Assembly (NCBI GenBank): GCA_964234715.1
Contig: OZ174284.1
From: Podarcis melisellensis
Lineage: Eukaryota
Reading direction: 5' to 3' (one strand)
DNA: 64,000 nucleotides
Below are positions 52,209 through 64,000 of the stretch, piece after piece (the stretch's first letter is position 1; every line of letters starts with the position of its first letter). Made by a program: the position numbers and the translations under genes. The notes below the pieces were generated by a model that saw only the letters and a program-made list of their open reading frames with translations, ran no database searches and was not told the DNA's origin.

Positions 52209-52612
52209 CTACTTATGGAAAGGGCCTTTCCCCCTCGTCTCCTCATACTGCCCCCTAGGGAGGAGAGCTGGTATTGTTCCAACTGGCAAGCAGAATTGCT
52301 TATGTGGGTGGAAAGATTGGAAGAGACCATCATTAAATTCCACCCCGAACTGATTTGTTTACTTCTTTACAGTTACTGTTACTCTAAATGGCAGTTGCTT
52401 TCAGGTACAGAACTTACACAGGAGTGAGTTTTTGCCAGCACCTTACAGTATATAATGAAGGGGTCAGGTGAGCTTCCCTGGAGAGAGCATTCCACAAGCG
52501 AGAAACTACTGCAGAAAAGGCCAGTTCTTGTATTGCCACCCTCCAGAACTCACACAAAGAAGGGCCTCGGGCCCTTCTTGCAGGCTCTGGGTGGGTTAGT
52601 ATGGGGAGAGGT

Positions 52613-52958
52613 AAAGGTAAAGGGACCCCTGACCATTAGGTCCAGTCGTGGCCGACTCTGGGGTTGCGGCGCTCATCTCGCTTTATTGGCCGAGGGAGCC
52701 AGCATACAGCTTCCGGGTGATGTGGCCGGTGTACAGCTTCCGGGTCATGTGGCCAGCATGACTAAGACGCTTCTGGCGAACCAGAGCAGCGCACGGAAAC
52801 ACCATTTACCTTTCCGCCGGAGAGGTACCTATTTATCTACTTGCACTTTGAGGGACCAAGCAACGGCAGCTCACCCCGTCGTGGGGATTCGAACCGCCGA
52901 CCTTGTGATTGGCAAGTCCTAGGCTCTGTGGTTTAACCCACAGCACCACCCGCGTCCC
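52613..52958 (-). mobile_element. Sauria SINE (Squam1, lacertid type), both ends present
   Basis: Minus strand starts gggacgcgggtggtgctgtgggttaaacc, has B box ggttcgaatccc and a (ttacct)n tail. 12-bp TSD atggggagaggt at 52601-52612 and 52959-52970. Confidence 0.92.
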
Positions 52959-53681
52959 ATGGGGAGAGGTGGTAATATGCAATTGCAGTACTTTGCAATA
53001 TGTTCTAGTGGTCCTGCCTTTGAAATGTGTTTAAAATACTGCTTTCAGGCTGATGTTGGGATCCTGTTCTCTGGAGCACGTGACTCCATTGTTAGTCACT
53101 CTGCTTTGACTCTCAGCCTGGTTTAACCCAAGCTCTGGAACTCTCTGCCCCAGAAAGCCAGCCTAGTCCTTTCCCTTTCTGTAGACTGGCACAGAGTGCC
53201 ATATTGATGTAGATCCTCAGAATGGAAATGCACTAGCCAGTTAAGAATTAGTATTTAGTTTTTTTGTCAGTATATTTTCTCTGCTGCTATTGTGATTTCA
53301 TTTGATTTTTTAAAGTTTTATGGTGCTTTGAGGGCTTTGCACACAAAAAAAGGCTTACAAACTTCAAAAAAGAAAGCAAGAAAGAGACTCTGCCTTCACT
53401 TTTTTGGATATAAGGCAAAGTGATAGGAAAAGCTTCTTCTGAACGTCTGCATGTCATACTGCTGGGATGCCAAATGATTGTCATAGGTCAACTCCGGGCT
53501 TTGGGAAGCAAAGATCAGGGGAAAGCTGAAGAAATGTATTTGAACATAATTAAACTTCTAGTTCTGGAACCTGGGACCAATATTTCTGAAGTTATTTGTT
53601 AGTATTCTCATTTTCACATCTAGAACCTGGTTCTGAAATCTAGTTCAGGATTGAACTTCAGGGTGTATGAAGTTTCTTTCA

Positions 53682-54032
<351 letters not shown>

Positions 54033-54361
54033 TCAAGAATAAAGGATGATTTCGGGTAAGTTAAAACAAGGACAGGATGCCACACATTCATAAGGTTTTG
54101 TATATATGAGGCAGGAAGGGAAAAAGCAAGGGCAAATGGTGTTGACATCACATTTGGAAATGGGAACTGGGAAAGATAAAGGAAAAAGAAAATAGGAGGA
54201 AGGTGGCACATTGTGCAATAAGCGAGGAGAAAAAGAGTGGCAAGCTAGCTAAGGATTATTTCACATCATATTTGAACATTCAGAATGGAAGGTCAGATCA
54301 GTGAAAGGAAAAAAATAATTCCTGGGAAGGACCATCCTTGTTTTCCATTTCCCTGGAAAAT

Positions 54362-54430
<69 letters not shown>

Positions 54431-54558
54431 TTATTATTTGTACCCCGCCCATCTGGCTGGGTTTCCCCAGCCACTCTGGGCGGCTTCCAACAAAGATGAA
54501 AGATACACTAAAATGTCACATATTAAAAACTTCCCTGAACAGGGCTGCCTTCAGATGT
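54362..54558 (-). mobile_element. Short L2 3' fragment with a (TTG)n tail, i.e. (CAA)n on + at 54362-54429
   Basis: Reverse complement matches 41108-41237; 62 nt are identical. Confidence 0.9.
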
Positions 54559-55305
54559 GTTTTCCCACAAGTGTGCCCTTTTAAGGCAACCAATTGGTTG
54601 TGGGTTGGTTTCAGTATTTGTGTACACACATATGTACACATACCTGCAAAACACTTTGGGTGTTGGGATCAGAGACGATGTACATTTAGGAACACCATAG
54701 GAGGCTGCTTTATGCTGAATTAGATCACTGATCCATCTAGCTCAGCACTGTGTACACTGACTGGCAGCAGCTCTCCAGGGTTTCAGGCAGGGATGTCTCC
54801 CAGTGCTACCTGCAGATGTCAAGGGTTGTCCCTGTGACTGAGCTGTTGCCCACAGATTTAGAGACTTGGAGAAAGGTGGCAAAAATCCTTTAAACTTTAC
54901 AGTTGTATATACTGGTGTTTCCCTTTGTGTTATTGCAAGGCATACCTCGCATCACCTCCTCCATCAAACACATGCTGAGAAATACTCTGGCAGTAAATGG
55001 ACCACAAGCAGCAGAAAACAACATTATTTCTATTGCTCTTCATTTCCTGCTTGTTCCAGAAAATATTTTTTCTTACATTTGCTTTTATATTAAAAAAAAA
55101 CCCATGTAAATATCATATAACTTCACAAATTTGCTTGGTGATAATTCCAAGATGATAATTTTTCCCAATGGCAAAATTCAAATTGCTACACAGATTTGGA
55201 AAGCATGACTCAATTTCTGCCGTATTATCCGGCCATAGGGGGGAAATAATTCATTCAGTCTGTTGGTGAGCCTGTAAGTAAAAGCAGGTACCTTTCATGG
55301 CTTAC

Positions 55306-55477
55306 CTCGCCTATCATTCCATTCCAAGTTCCATTGATCTTCTTCCCATGTTTACCATTGGTTACCAAGTAAAGGTCATAGGTGAACTTGACAAACTTGG
55401 AGATTTTCTTGAGAATATCAATACAAAACCCTTTGCAACATTTCTTGGTGTACGCAGTCTCCTCATCCGTCTTGTTG
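55306..55477 (-). CDS. GRIN2B: GRIN2B coding exon (S1), 172 nt
   Basis: [57 protein letters not shown]. Acceptor tttag|C, donor GAG|gtaagc. Frame joins the previous exon (GA+C = Asp). Confidence 0.97.
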
Positions 55478-56064
55478 CTAAACAGCCACAACAAAAAGTG
55501 ATTAAGTGTAACTGATAAATGATATTTTAAAACTAAAAACAAAAACATATGGCCCATTTTTTCCATCATGCTGCACTCAGAAAGTGGATTTAATCTTGAG
55601 AAATTCCATATGATCCTTGAAAAACACAGAACTACCATGTTTAGTTCCAAATTCAAACTTTGTGTGGCATTCTCAGCAGAAACTGAATGTTATAAGCAGA
55701 AATTTTGAAAATATATTCTTGTCATTTTTCTATTTTCATCTTCTTCCTTTTTTTAGACAAAGGTGCTAATTTCCAACAAAAATGTGATTTGGACAATTTT
55801 GATCTGTGCTAGAATTTAGAATTGTTGAAAATTGCCTACTGTTATCCCCTACTTCTTTCCTTGGCTACTCTCTCTTTCATTCTCCATTACATCCCTAGCT
55901 GAAAACTCTGCTTGATGTTTTGCTGAATGAGCCAAGCTGATTGGAACGTTGAGTTAGTGGCAAGTGGCAACAAAGCCAGCCTGAGACAGTCCAGCTGGCT
56001 TTGCTGCTGTGGAGAGAAACATGCTAGGAGGAATCAGCTGGAGAAAGATCCTGTTGGCACTTAC

Positions 56065-56273
56065 TCTGTCACATTTCTTTTTTGGCATGGGACAGTGTTT
56101 CTCATACAGGTACCGCTTAGGGGGTCCACATTTTCCACAATGACAAACGGTGCTTCTTCTAGGGTCACTATGCTGAGATGGTCGTCCGCACGCTCCTCAC
56201 TGTCAGGGTAAAGCTCAGAACGTGGCCACACATAATATTTCATCTTGAGACGCTTGTCCTTCCACCATCCCAC
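56065..56273 (-). CDS. GRIN2B: GRIN2B coding exon (ATD-LBD linker and start of S1), 209 nt; first GRIN2B exon in the window
   Basis: Translates [18 protein letters not shown]...[40 protein letters not shown]. Acceptor cttcag|GTG, donor GA|gtaagt (phase 2). Confidence 0.97.
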
Positions 56274-56639
56274 CTGAAGCAATGGAAAAACAGAAAGAGA
56301 TCATTGCTAAAACCATCACCCCCAAATTACAGTCCACATGGTCAACTGAACTTTGTAGAAATACATGAAAACTGAAGGTCTGGATTAATTAATTTTAAAA
56401 CTACTCACGAATCCCTGATCCAAAAATGAAGCCGGTCTTAATGAAGCAGCAAAAGCATCCCATTAAAACCCACAGAAACAAAAAGCCTCAGCTGTTTCCC
56501 AAAAGACAAGCAGCGATGGGGCCAAACACATATGCACAACCCTCAGGAAGGTGTCACACAAAAATAGCTCTGTCTCTTATGCCCATTTCCAACAACAAGA
56601 AGGCTTGGAACAGGGCTCAGAAGTAGATCTCAGTGCTTT

Positions 56640-56900
56640 GATCAGGTTCATATGGGAGTAGGTGATTATTGAGATTCCCTGGTCTTAGACCATTCAGGGC
56701 CTGAAACGTCAAAGTCAGCACCTTGAATTTAGAAACAAACTGGTAACCAGTGGAACATCAGAATAATAGGATCTAACTTGCAAACTCCGTTTAGAACTCT
56801 GGAAGCTGCTTTCTCAACCATCTTCAAAGGTAGTGTACATTACAATAATCTAACCTGGGTGCAACTAGGGAAAATGGATAAATGGCCATGCCCAGTTTCT
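56640..56900 (-). mobile_element. Old L2 LINE fragment
   Basis: gcaccttgaatt...ggtaaccagtgg...acaataatctaacctgg is a degraded reverse complement of the L2 SRLDY/HWLP/FK-coding segments. Confidence 0.5.
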
Positions 56901-58034
56901 CCAGAAAAGGGAACAGCTGCAGATTAGCTTGAAGTTTTTAAGAAGATTCCTGATCATGATGGCACTGTTCCCTGGACATCCAAGAGCAAAGCTGAATGCT
57001 GACTTTAAGAGGAATGTAACCTCTGCTTCTATGTGAAGTACTTGAATGGGATGTTACCACAGCTAACACCACATTGCAAAGATAAAGGTTTTCCATGTTC
57101 CCTGGCTGAATTATTATTATTATACCTATTATACCTTTAATAAACACCCATTTAAGATTTTGCTACAAAAAAGTAAAAAAAGAAAAGAAAAAAGAATATA
57201 TTGTTCAGTTTTCTGCAACACATGACAAGGAAGCTTAAATAAGCTTAGTTTTATGCTACTATGTATGACATTATGAACCTTCATCTTCCATTAATACCCA
57301 AAGTAAGTTCCTGGGAACTTGACATTACTGTGTTTTCTACATTGAGTACAAGATATAGGAAAAAAAATTCTTTGAAATTGGTTCTGATCCATTCACAAGT
57401 TGACATTTTTAGGACTAATGCTCCTTGAGGTGCAATATTCCCCACAGAAAGTCCAGAATACCTATCAATGATGCTTTCAGACATGAAAAATCCTGCCTTT
57501 GTGCCCATTATTTCCATCACCATTGACACTAATTACTGCCTTGGTTAGCAGATATGAGACAAGAGGGCACAGGCTGAACAAACTCCCCTATATTTTGTGG
57601 CTGTGGCTGTGGCTCCCTCAACCTCCACCCACTGGGTTTTGGTCAAGGCAAGGTGAATAGGGGAGCAGTGTGGGTGGAAGACTAAAGTGAACTTTGGTTG
57701 CTCACTCTTTACCTGCTTTGTGGGCTTTAGTTCCTCATGCCTGTCAGTTCACCCTCTTCTACTATTGCATCTGATGTTTTAGAATCACTGGACAAAAGCA
57801 CTTGTTATAGCCTCTTTGGATGTCAAAGGTTACGTCAGTATAATCAAGGATTTTTGGGTATTCTGAATTTAACAGCACCCAGATCATTAAATATTTATTG
57901 CTCCTTTTGAAAAAAATAATATCAAATTAAGGTTTTAAAAAGAGAGAGAGAATCCAATGTGGGCTTAGTAAACAAGTTATTTCAAGAAAGGAATAAAAGT
58001 CATTTACAGGCATAGGTGACCTGCTTACTCAGGA

Positions 58035-58158
58035 CAGTGGCGTAGCGTGGGTTGTCAGCACCCGGGGCAAGGCAAGTAATTTGCGCCCCCTAACCCTAAC
58101 CCCCAGATGTTGTGCCCGGTGCAGCCGGCCCCCCTGCACGCCCCACGCTACGCCACTG
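58035..58158. mobile_element. Non-autonomous hAT MITE, 124 bp
   Basis: Perfect 17-bp TIRs CAGTGGCGTAGCGTGGG / CCCACGCTACGCCACTG. 8-bp TSD actcagga at 58027-58034 and 58159-58166. Confidence 0.92.
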
Positions 58159-61100
58159 ACTCAGGATCCCAAAGGGTTTACAGAGGACTTGAACAGTCAA
58201 ATCCATAGGTATTACAAGAATTATGATAGGTGGGTCCGACATTCTCCTGAGTAGGCAATAAAATACATTGTAGTGTTATGAATTTTGGGTTTGTTTAGAA
58301 GCCTAGAAACTCATCTTGGCATATGTGTGCAGTGCGGAATGTGTTGCACAATGTATGGAGGTGATACTAAGTAAAACACTGCTAAAACCTTCAGTTGCTG
58401 GTGGAAAGTTTAAACACTTTGATGGATTTCCATGTGCACAAACCTCCATTACAGAATCCCACATGGGTGGTAGGTGCATCTAAACATTTAACCACAGGGG
58501 CAACAGGAAGCCCCTATCGGTCTCTTTCACAACAACAGCACCAAGTTTTAGGTGATGGGGCTGGTAAGACTCCCTTAGCCCTGACCATATAGTTGGGTCA
58601 TATAGATGTTCTACAAAACATAGAACAACAACAAGCAAACATATAGTGGAAAACCGCAACTGTTAAATGCTTCACAAGACAGGGGATGCTCCAATCTGCA
58701 GTACAAAGGGTGGTCAGAGTCTGTGCTAGCAGCTTTTGGCAAATATGGCAGTGTGAGCAAGCTGACACACTACAGACAAGGAACTTTGTGTGGCTACAAT
58801 CCCTTCAAGACATCAGGCAAGTACCTCCAGATGGCTGAGTGAACATTTAAAGAGCATTTCTGTGTCTTAATGAGGTCTCAGAGTTTAAATGATTAAGGCA
58901 ACATCCAGTCACCTGTCAACAGCAAACTATCAACTGAAGGAACCCAGAAATAAGTATTATTAGGCAAAGAGGTTCTGACTGCATGGTTACAATCCTATGT
59001 ATGCTTACGTAGAAATGAGTGACTCGGAACTGAGTAGGGCTCACTACTGAGGATCTTGGTGTGAGAGACATTCCTTTCCTTTCTTTTTAGGGTATATCAG
59101 ACATCACATCATTTTAGATGAGAAAAGCATAGCAAGGACATGAGTGCAGCAAACACAGCATTCTACAACCTGACAATCTGTTTGCATGCCTATGAGAGGA
59201 GCAATGAAATATGAAAAAATCATTCCATTCCAATAAGCCTCATATCAATTGCCCAAAGTAGAGGGAAAGGGAAAGTTGTATGTGTGTGTTGGACCAGGTA
59301 AATACCACTGACACAACATTTTGTATTTAAAATAACACTTTAGCACTTCTAACAGGCAGATTTGAGTCTCTAAGTGTAGGCTACAGATATCATGTTAAAA
59401 ACTCCTTCCTCAGAGAACTGGATCGGAAGAGAGGATCCCCTTTCGTTTTTGAGGTGGATAATGCATTTGCATGGATGTGAACATGCATGACTGACTCTTA
59501 TAAAAACAGGGGAAAGATCTGAGGAGGGAGGCACTGTGGAAGGGGGGAAATATCCAAAGTAGCATTTAATACTATATGCAATTTGGAGGGTGCAATGTGT
59601 TACAAAGATGGCACTATTACTAACAGAATTAAAAGTCACATTTTTCAAGGCAAAGTAATTAAAAGCTAAGGCTTCCAATTAAAATAATAATGATAATTCT
59701 GAAAGGCTGTACAAACAAAAGGAAAGCATTCTGGAATTCCTGCAGATTTTGAGCTAGCAGTAAGTACATTGTTACAGCCATGGCTTTCGCACTGCACCAG
59801 CTCACCTTCTAATTGGTAACTACCTGTGCAGTTCTTAGAAGTCACACTTGTAAACCTGTAAACCTCCTGTTTAGTACAGGGAAGTACAGCTGGGAATGCC
59901 CCCTGTCTGAAACCCTTGAGAGCCCCTGCATTTCAGTGTACAGACAATAGTGAGCTACATGGACCAACGTTCTGACTTGGCGTAATACAGCATAAGATTC
60001 CTATGGACCTGGAACTTCGGGGCCTTCGCAAAGAAAGCAGGTTCCCACAACATTTTTATATATGCGTGACTCATTTCATGCACTTGAACACACTGAATTG
60101 GTCTTCTAATTGTTCAGTCTGCCTAATCCAATCGTTATCACCCACTGGAAATCTCTAGATGAGCTGACTGAACTGGAACGAACGACAACTGGGCATGTGC
60201 TAAATCACTCACCAGGCTGGTTCAGTTTGCAAAAATCCATTTGTGTTGATCTTAATATGTGCAAAAGGAATAACGAGAAGCACCCCCAAGTAACTTTATT
60301 CATTGCCTGACTCATCCTGAGTACCCTATTCAGTCAGTCAAGCTATGTTTTATGCAACCCAGTGGATGCTCTGCTTTTAGTTGGAAGCCCCTGTTGGCAG
60401 CAGCTCTGCTATTCTTTATGTCTCCACTATTAGAGCCACACATCATCAAAGAGGTCAGCATGCGACAGTTGGAGAAGGAGTATGTAGAAAATCTGTTTAC
60501 AAACACTTAGGGTAATTAATTAACCATGTTGGTCAAAGGAGATTAATATTGGTGGAAGCTTCGCGTGCAGAATTAATTAAAATGAAACGTGCTCCTTCAC
60601 AAGCTTCAAGTTCACCTTTCAGCAGCATCTGGCAAAATCTCTCTTTTTCACTACACCTGCAAAACAGGTGATGGTTATTAATGGGCTTTAAATTTTGCAG
60701 AACAGGACAGCTACAGAGCTAAAGAGATCGCTGCTTCTTCACATTCGTATAGCACCTAACAAAGTGGATGTGCAGGAAATAAATGTCCTTAAGAGGAAAT
60801 GTCATTATTTAGTTCTCATCTCTCACTTCTTTCAATAAAATAATCACTTCCCAAAAATGCATTCTCCATATCACCCCCGATTGACATTTATGCAACTCTT
60901 GCCAATTTGTTTAAAAGACATTAATTATGGGTTTCCTTATTTATTGCTCCATTTGCATGCTTTCTGCAGCTGCTGAAATCATGCCCTCTGACCTAATTAG
61001 CTGAGGAGTTTAACAAGGTAAACTTTAAAAGCTTCTATGTTTAGCACAATGGATCAAATATAGTGGCACAAAAGTGATAAGGACTACAAGAGTCATGTGT

Positions 61101-63269
61101 GGTGCACCCTTAAATAATTATTGATGTCTTTTGGTACCTTATGGCAAGCAAGCTCACAAATATTCCTGAAGACGGGCCATGTGGTTTCCTGTTCAGGATG
61201 GTAGAATCCTTACAAGTACTGAAAACTAATAGAGTTTAATCTATAATAAAGGCTTTGTTGACAGCATTCTTATACTGCGCTATATGCCCTCATGTAGATG
61301 TTCAAAGAGAATTAATGCTATCATTACTGCTTCACCCTGTGTAAAGTGAGGGTCTTCTGGTGATATATTGGAACTCACAACTGGGCTGCATCAGTATCCC
61401 TACTAACATATACATACATAGTAAGTAATTTAAAAAGTAGATTTCATGTGGTATGCTTAAGCAAGGGTTGGTCTTCGATCTACAAGCTGAAGGCCTTTAT
61501 GTGGAGTTTTCTCCTCCTCTCATAATTCTAGAATTTGGCATCATACAATGAAATTTATTGCAATAGTGCCATTGCACTTGGAGTCCTGCTTGAAGGCTCC
61601 TCATGAACTTCTCGTTGGCTACCATGAGTAAAGGGTGCTGGACTAGAAGGATACTTTGAATGATTCCAGCAGAGCATTTCTTATATACTTAAATAGATTT
61701 GGGACAGGCAGAAGCAAAGGCTTCTTCGTACCACATAGAATCATTGTATGCAATTCACTGCTACAAGATGAAATAGTGTCCCCTAACCTCTGATTCCTTT
61801 AGACGAGGCTCAGGGCTCAGCCACACTTCTGACTGACCTGATGCTTTTCTGCAGTTTGGTCCCTTCCAACTCTACAATTCTATGAATCTCACCATCCCAC
61901 AATGTCACAAGAGACTTGGCAGGAGTTGCAGCCTTGCCAGCTGAGAATTCACCCCCCACCCACACACACACAACATTCAGGAATCCCTCATATTTCATAA
62001 GTGCAGGCCATCTCAATAGCTCTCCCTATCCTGCAGCATTAAATAATTCAGCCCAAACCTCAAAGTACATATATTAGGGGAAGTGTTTCTAAAAATGCAT
62101 GTATCAGTGAAAAAAACAAACAAAAATGCATTGTATTAGTGGAAATTGCCCACAAAAATGTGTACAGTAGATTAGTCAAAAGTGCAAACAAAAATGAGCG
62201 CATTTGAAAAATCTGCACAAAAATGCTGCTGGATTTTCATGAATAAATTTTATTTTAAAATTTGCATATTGCTGCAGAAATGCAGAGAACTGAATATAAG
62301 AAATGAGGGGAAATGATGAACCAAGAGAAAACGAAATTCACAACTTTGTTGATTCCTATCAGTGATATTTATACTATATCTTGGCTATGCAAAGCATGCC
62401 AGAAAGTCTGGGGTTCATGTTTTACAACAGCAGAGAGTTTCTACTGCCGTATGAAACTATCCAATCTCCAAAAGCACAAAAATCTGCATTATACAGGTTT
62501 GTCTCTGCACATAGTACGTGTCCAGGCATGTAATTCCTTTCCTAACGATTTTTTTCCCCTTGGATTTTCTTCTTGAGCAATATTTTTTGCTGAGCTTTCT
62601 TTCCTTTCACTCAAGTTTTTTCAAGCATGTTTTCAGCAGGAGGGGATCTTGCCAATCTACATCATGGCCTGAGAGACAGTTTAGCGCTATTACTGATTAG
62701 AAAAGTAATGAATTTGCTTGCTATACAGGAGAACTATCTAAGATCCACTGACCACTCTGTAAGGCAAAGGCACAGGTTATTTAACTAACAAGCAACCTGG
62801 GCAGTTCTGGGATCAGTCACTGCCTTAAAACTGCAGACCAAAGAGAATGGATGTTGAAGGCAGACTGTGGGCAAGGAAGAAAGAAGCATACAGGGTTACA
62901 AAAGAAAGCAGATTGTCTTTTTCAAAGTTGTTGTTTTTTTTCTGAATAGAGCAAGGCCAGTAGAAAGATCCACTGTGGGGGGGGGGCAGGTCCTGTGGGA
63001 ATAAGGAATATCTCCCCTCCCCCCAAAAATTACTTGCTACAGTGCCACGTTTAGGGAGTGCATTCTTGCTTCTGTCAAGTTTTCAGACAGAAAACACAGA
63101 CTTGTTCCAAAAGCACTGCACAGACGGCCTGGGCACCTGACCGTTTTTTTCAGAGTTCTGCAACAGACTGCTCAAAATCCAGTAAAAAAAAAAAGCAGCA
63201 TTTTTAAAGTGTCACTTATTTATATATTTATATATGAAAAGAACATGCAGCTGGATTGTGCCTACTATT

Positions 63270-63342
63270 TCTGTGACCTTGGATAAGCTGTTTAACCTCT
63301 CTGTCACTCATTTTCCTCATCTGTAAATTGGGAATAGCAATT
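63270..63342 (+). mobile_element. MIR/CORE-SINE core fragment
   Basis: tgtgaccttggataag...aacctctctgt...ttttcctcatctgtaaattgggaata matches the CORE consensus. Confidence 0.75.
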
Positions 63343-64000
63343 CTCAGTGCATCAAAGATAATCTAATCAATGTAAATGCATCAAAACAGATGTCTCGGGT
63401 GACAATATCCTAATTAACAGATTCCTTGACTTAAGAAGGTAGTGCTGTGCATTTAAAGCAAAATTACCAAAAAGAAAAAGAAAGCAGCATTAATCCTGTA
63501 AATGGGCACCCTTCCCAAGTAACTTTGTGTAAATCTGTAGATTCCTATTAGTGGCAAGAAGTTCTCAGCATTAATTTTTAAAAATACATTTCTAGCTTCT
63601 TGCTTTTTTCAGATAATATATTGAAACAGTGGTGGCAGTGTGTCTTAATCGATCAGAATCAGGAAGGCAACTAGTATGCATTGGAAGTATATTTTCTTTG
63701 ATTTCAGATTTCACATCATCTAAGCCTATTTCATGGTTTTGAGAGACTTAGCACACTCTTTAAGCATTTTCTACCAGAAGAGTTCTGGGTCTCATGCTCA
63801 CTCGAGGGAAGAGGAAAACTCGGGAATCATTTCACAAAGCCGACTTCTTTGTTTGGCACTACGTGCCTGAGTGAGCAAGCTTTTTACAGTTGCAGTTAAG
63901 TGTATGCCTGTGTCACAGAACTGCTCCCTCTCATACATTTTCTTGGAGGCTTGACTTAAATCATTCCTCTGGGTCTGCCTCAAAGATAAATAGCTGCTAC

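Noticed and set aside
63795-63877. Short inverted repeat tgctcactc/gagtgagca with an inner hairpin
   Set aside because: 9-bp arms with no TSD or family support; within chance.
56274-64000. Upstream GRIN2B ATD exons or promoter
   Set aside because: No ATD-coding sequence recognised; the region is intronic and those exons lie outside the window.

Overview
Vertebrate genomic DNA, most likely a lacertid lizard (Podarcis-type Sauria SINE, BovB, L2, hAT and pogo-like MITEs). The window holds the 3' two-thirds of the NMDA-receptor gene GRIN2B (GluN2B) on the minus strand. There are nine coding exons, all with GT-AG borders: 56273-56065, 55477-55306, 53963-53810, 52114-51989, 48083-47854, 26742-26582, 24404-24217, 23674-23436 and 21130-19232. 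They encode the ATD-LBD linker, S1, M1-M3, S2, M4 and the C-terminal tail ending in ESDV. The ATD exons lie beyond the right edge. The 19 kb after the stop codon is poor in transposons, carries neuronal 3'-UTR motifs and ends in AATAAA at 18-23, which fits a very long 3' UTR like that of mammalian Grin2b. The most striking unexplained structure is a CpG-rich ~760-bp element at ~38672-39436, antisense inside the 21-kb intron. It reads as a compact Pol II unit: CCAAT, GC box, TATA and initiator, then an ENE-like U-rich internal loop (a candidate poly(A)-capturing triple helix), a ~290-nt closed structured domain and a poly(A) signal. It is probably the solo terminal repeat of a retrotransposon. 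Other points of interest are ligand-binding-domain substitutions (including Ala at the human E517 dimer-interface position), inverted L2 ends around the 510-nt pore-exon block, and a Penelope-type hammerhead remnant. All comparisons with human GluN2B and all repeat-family names come from memory, not database searches.
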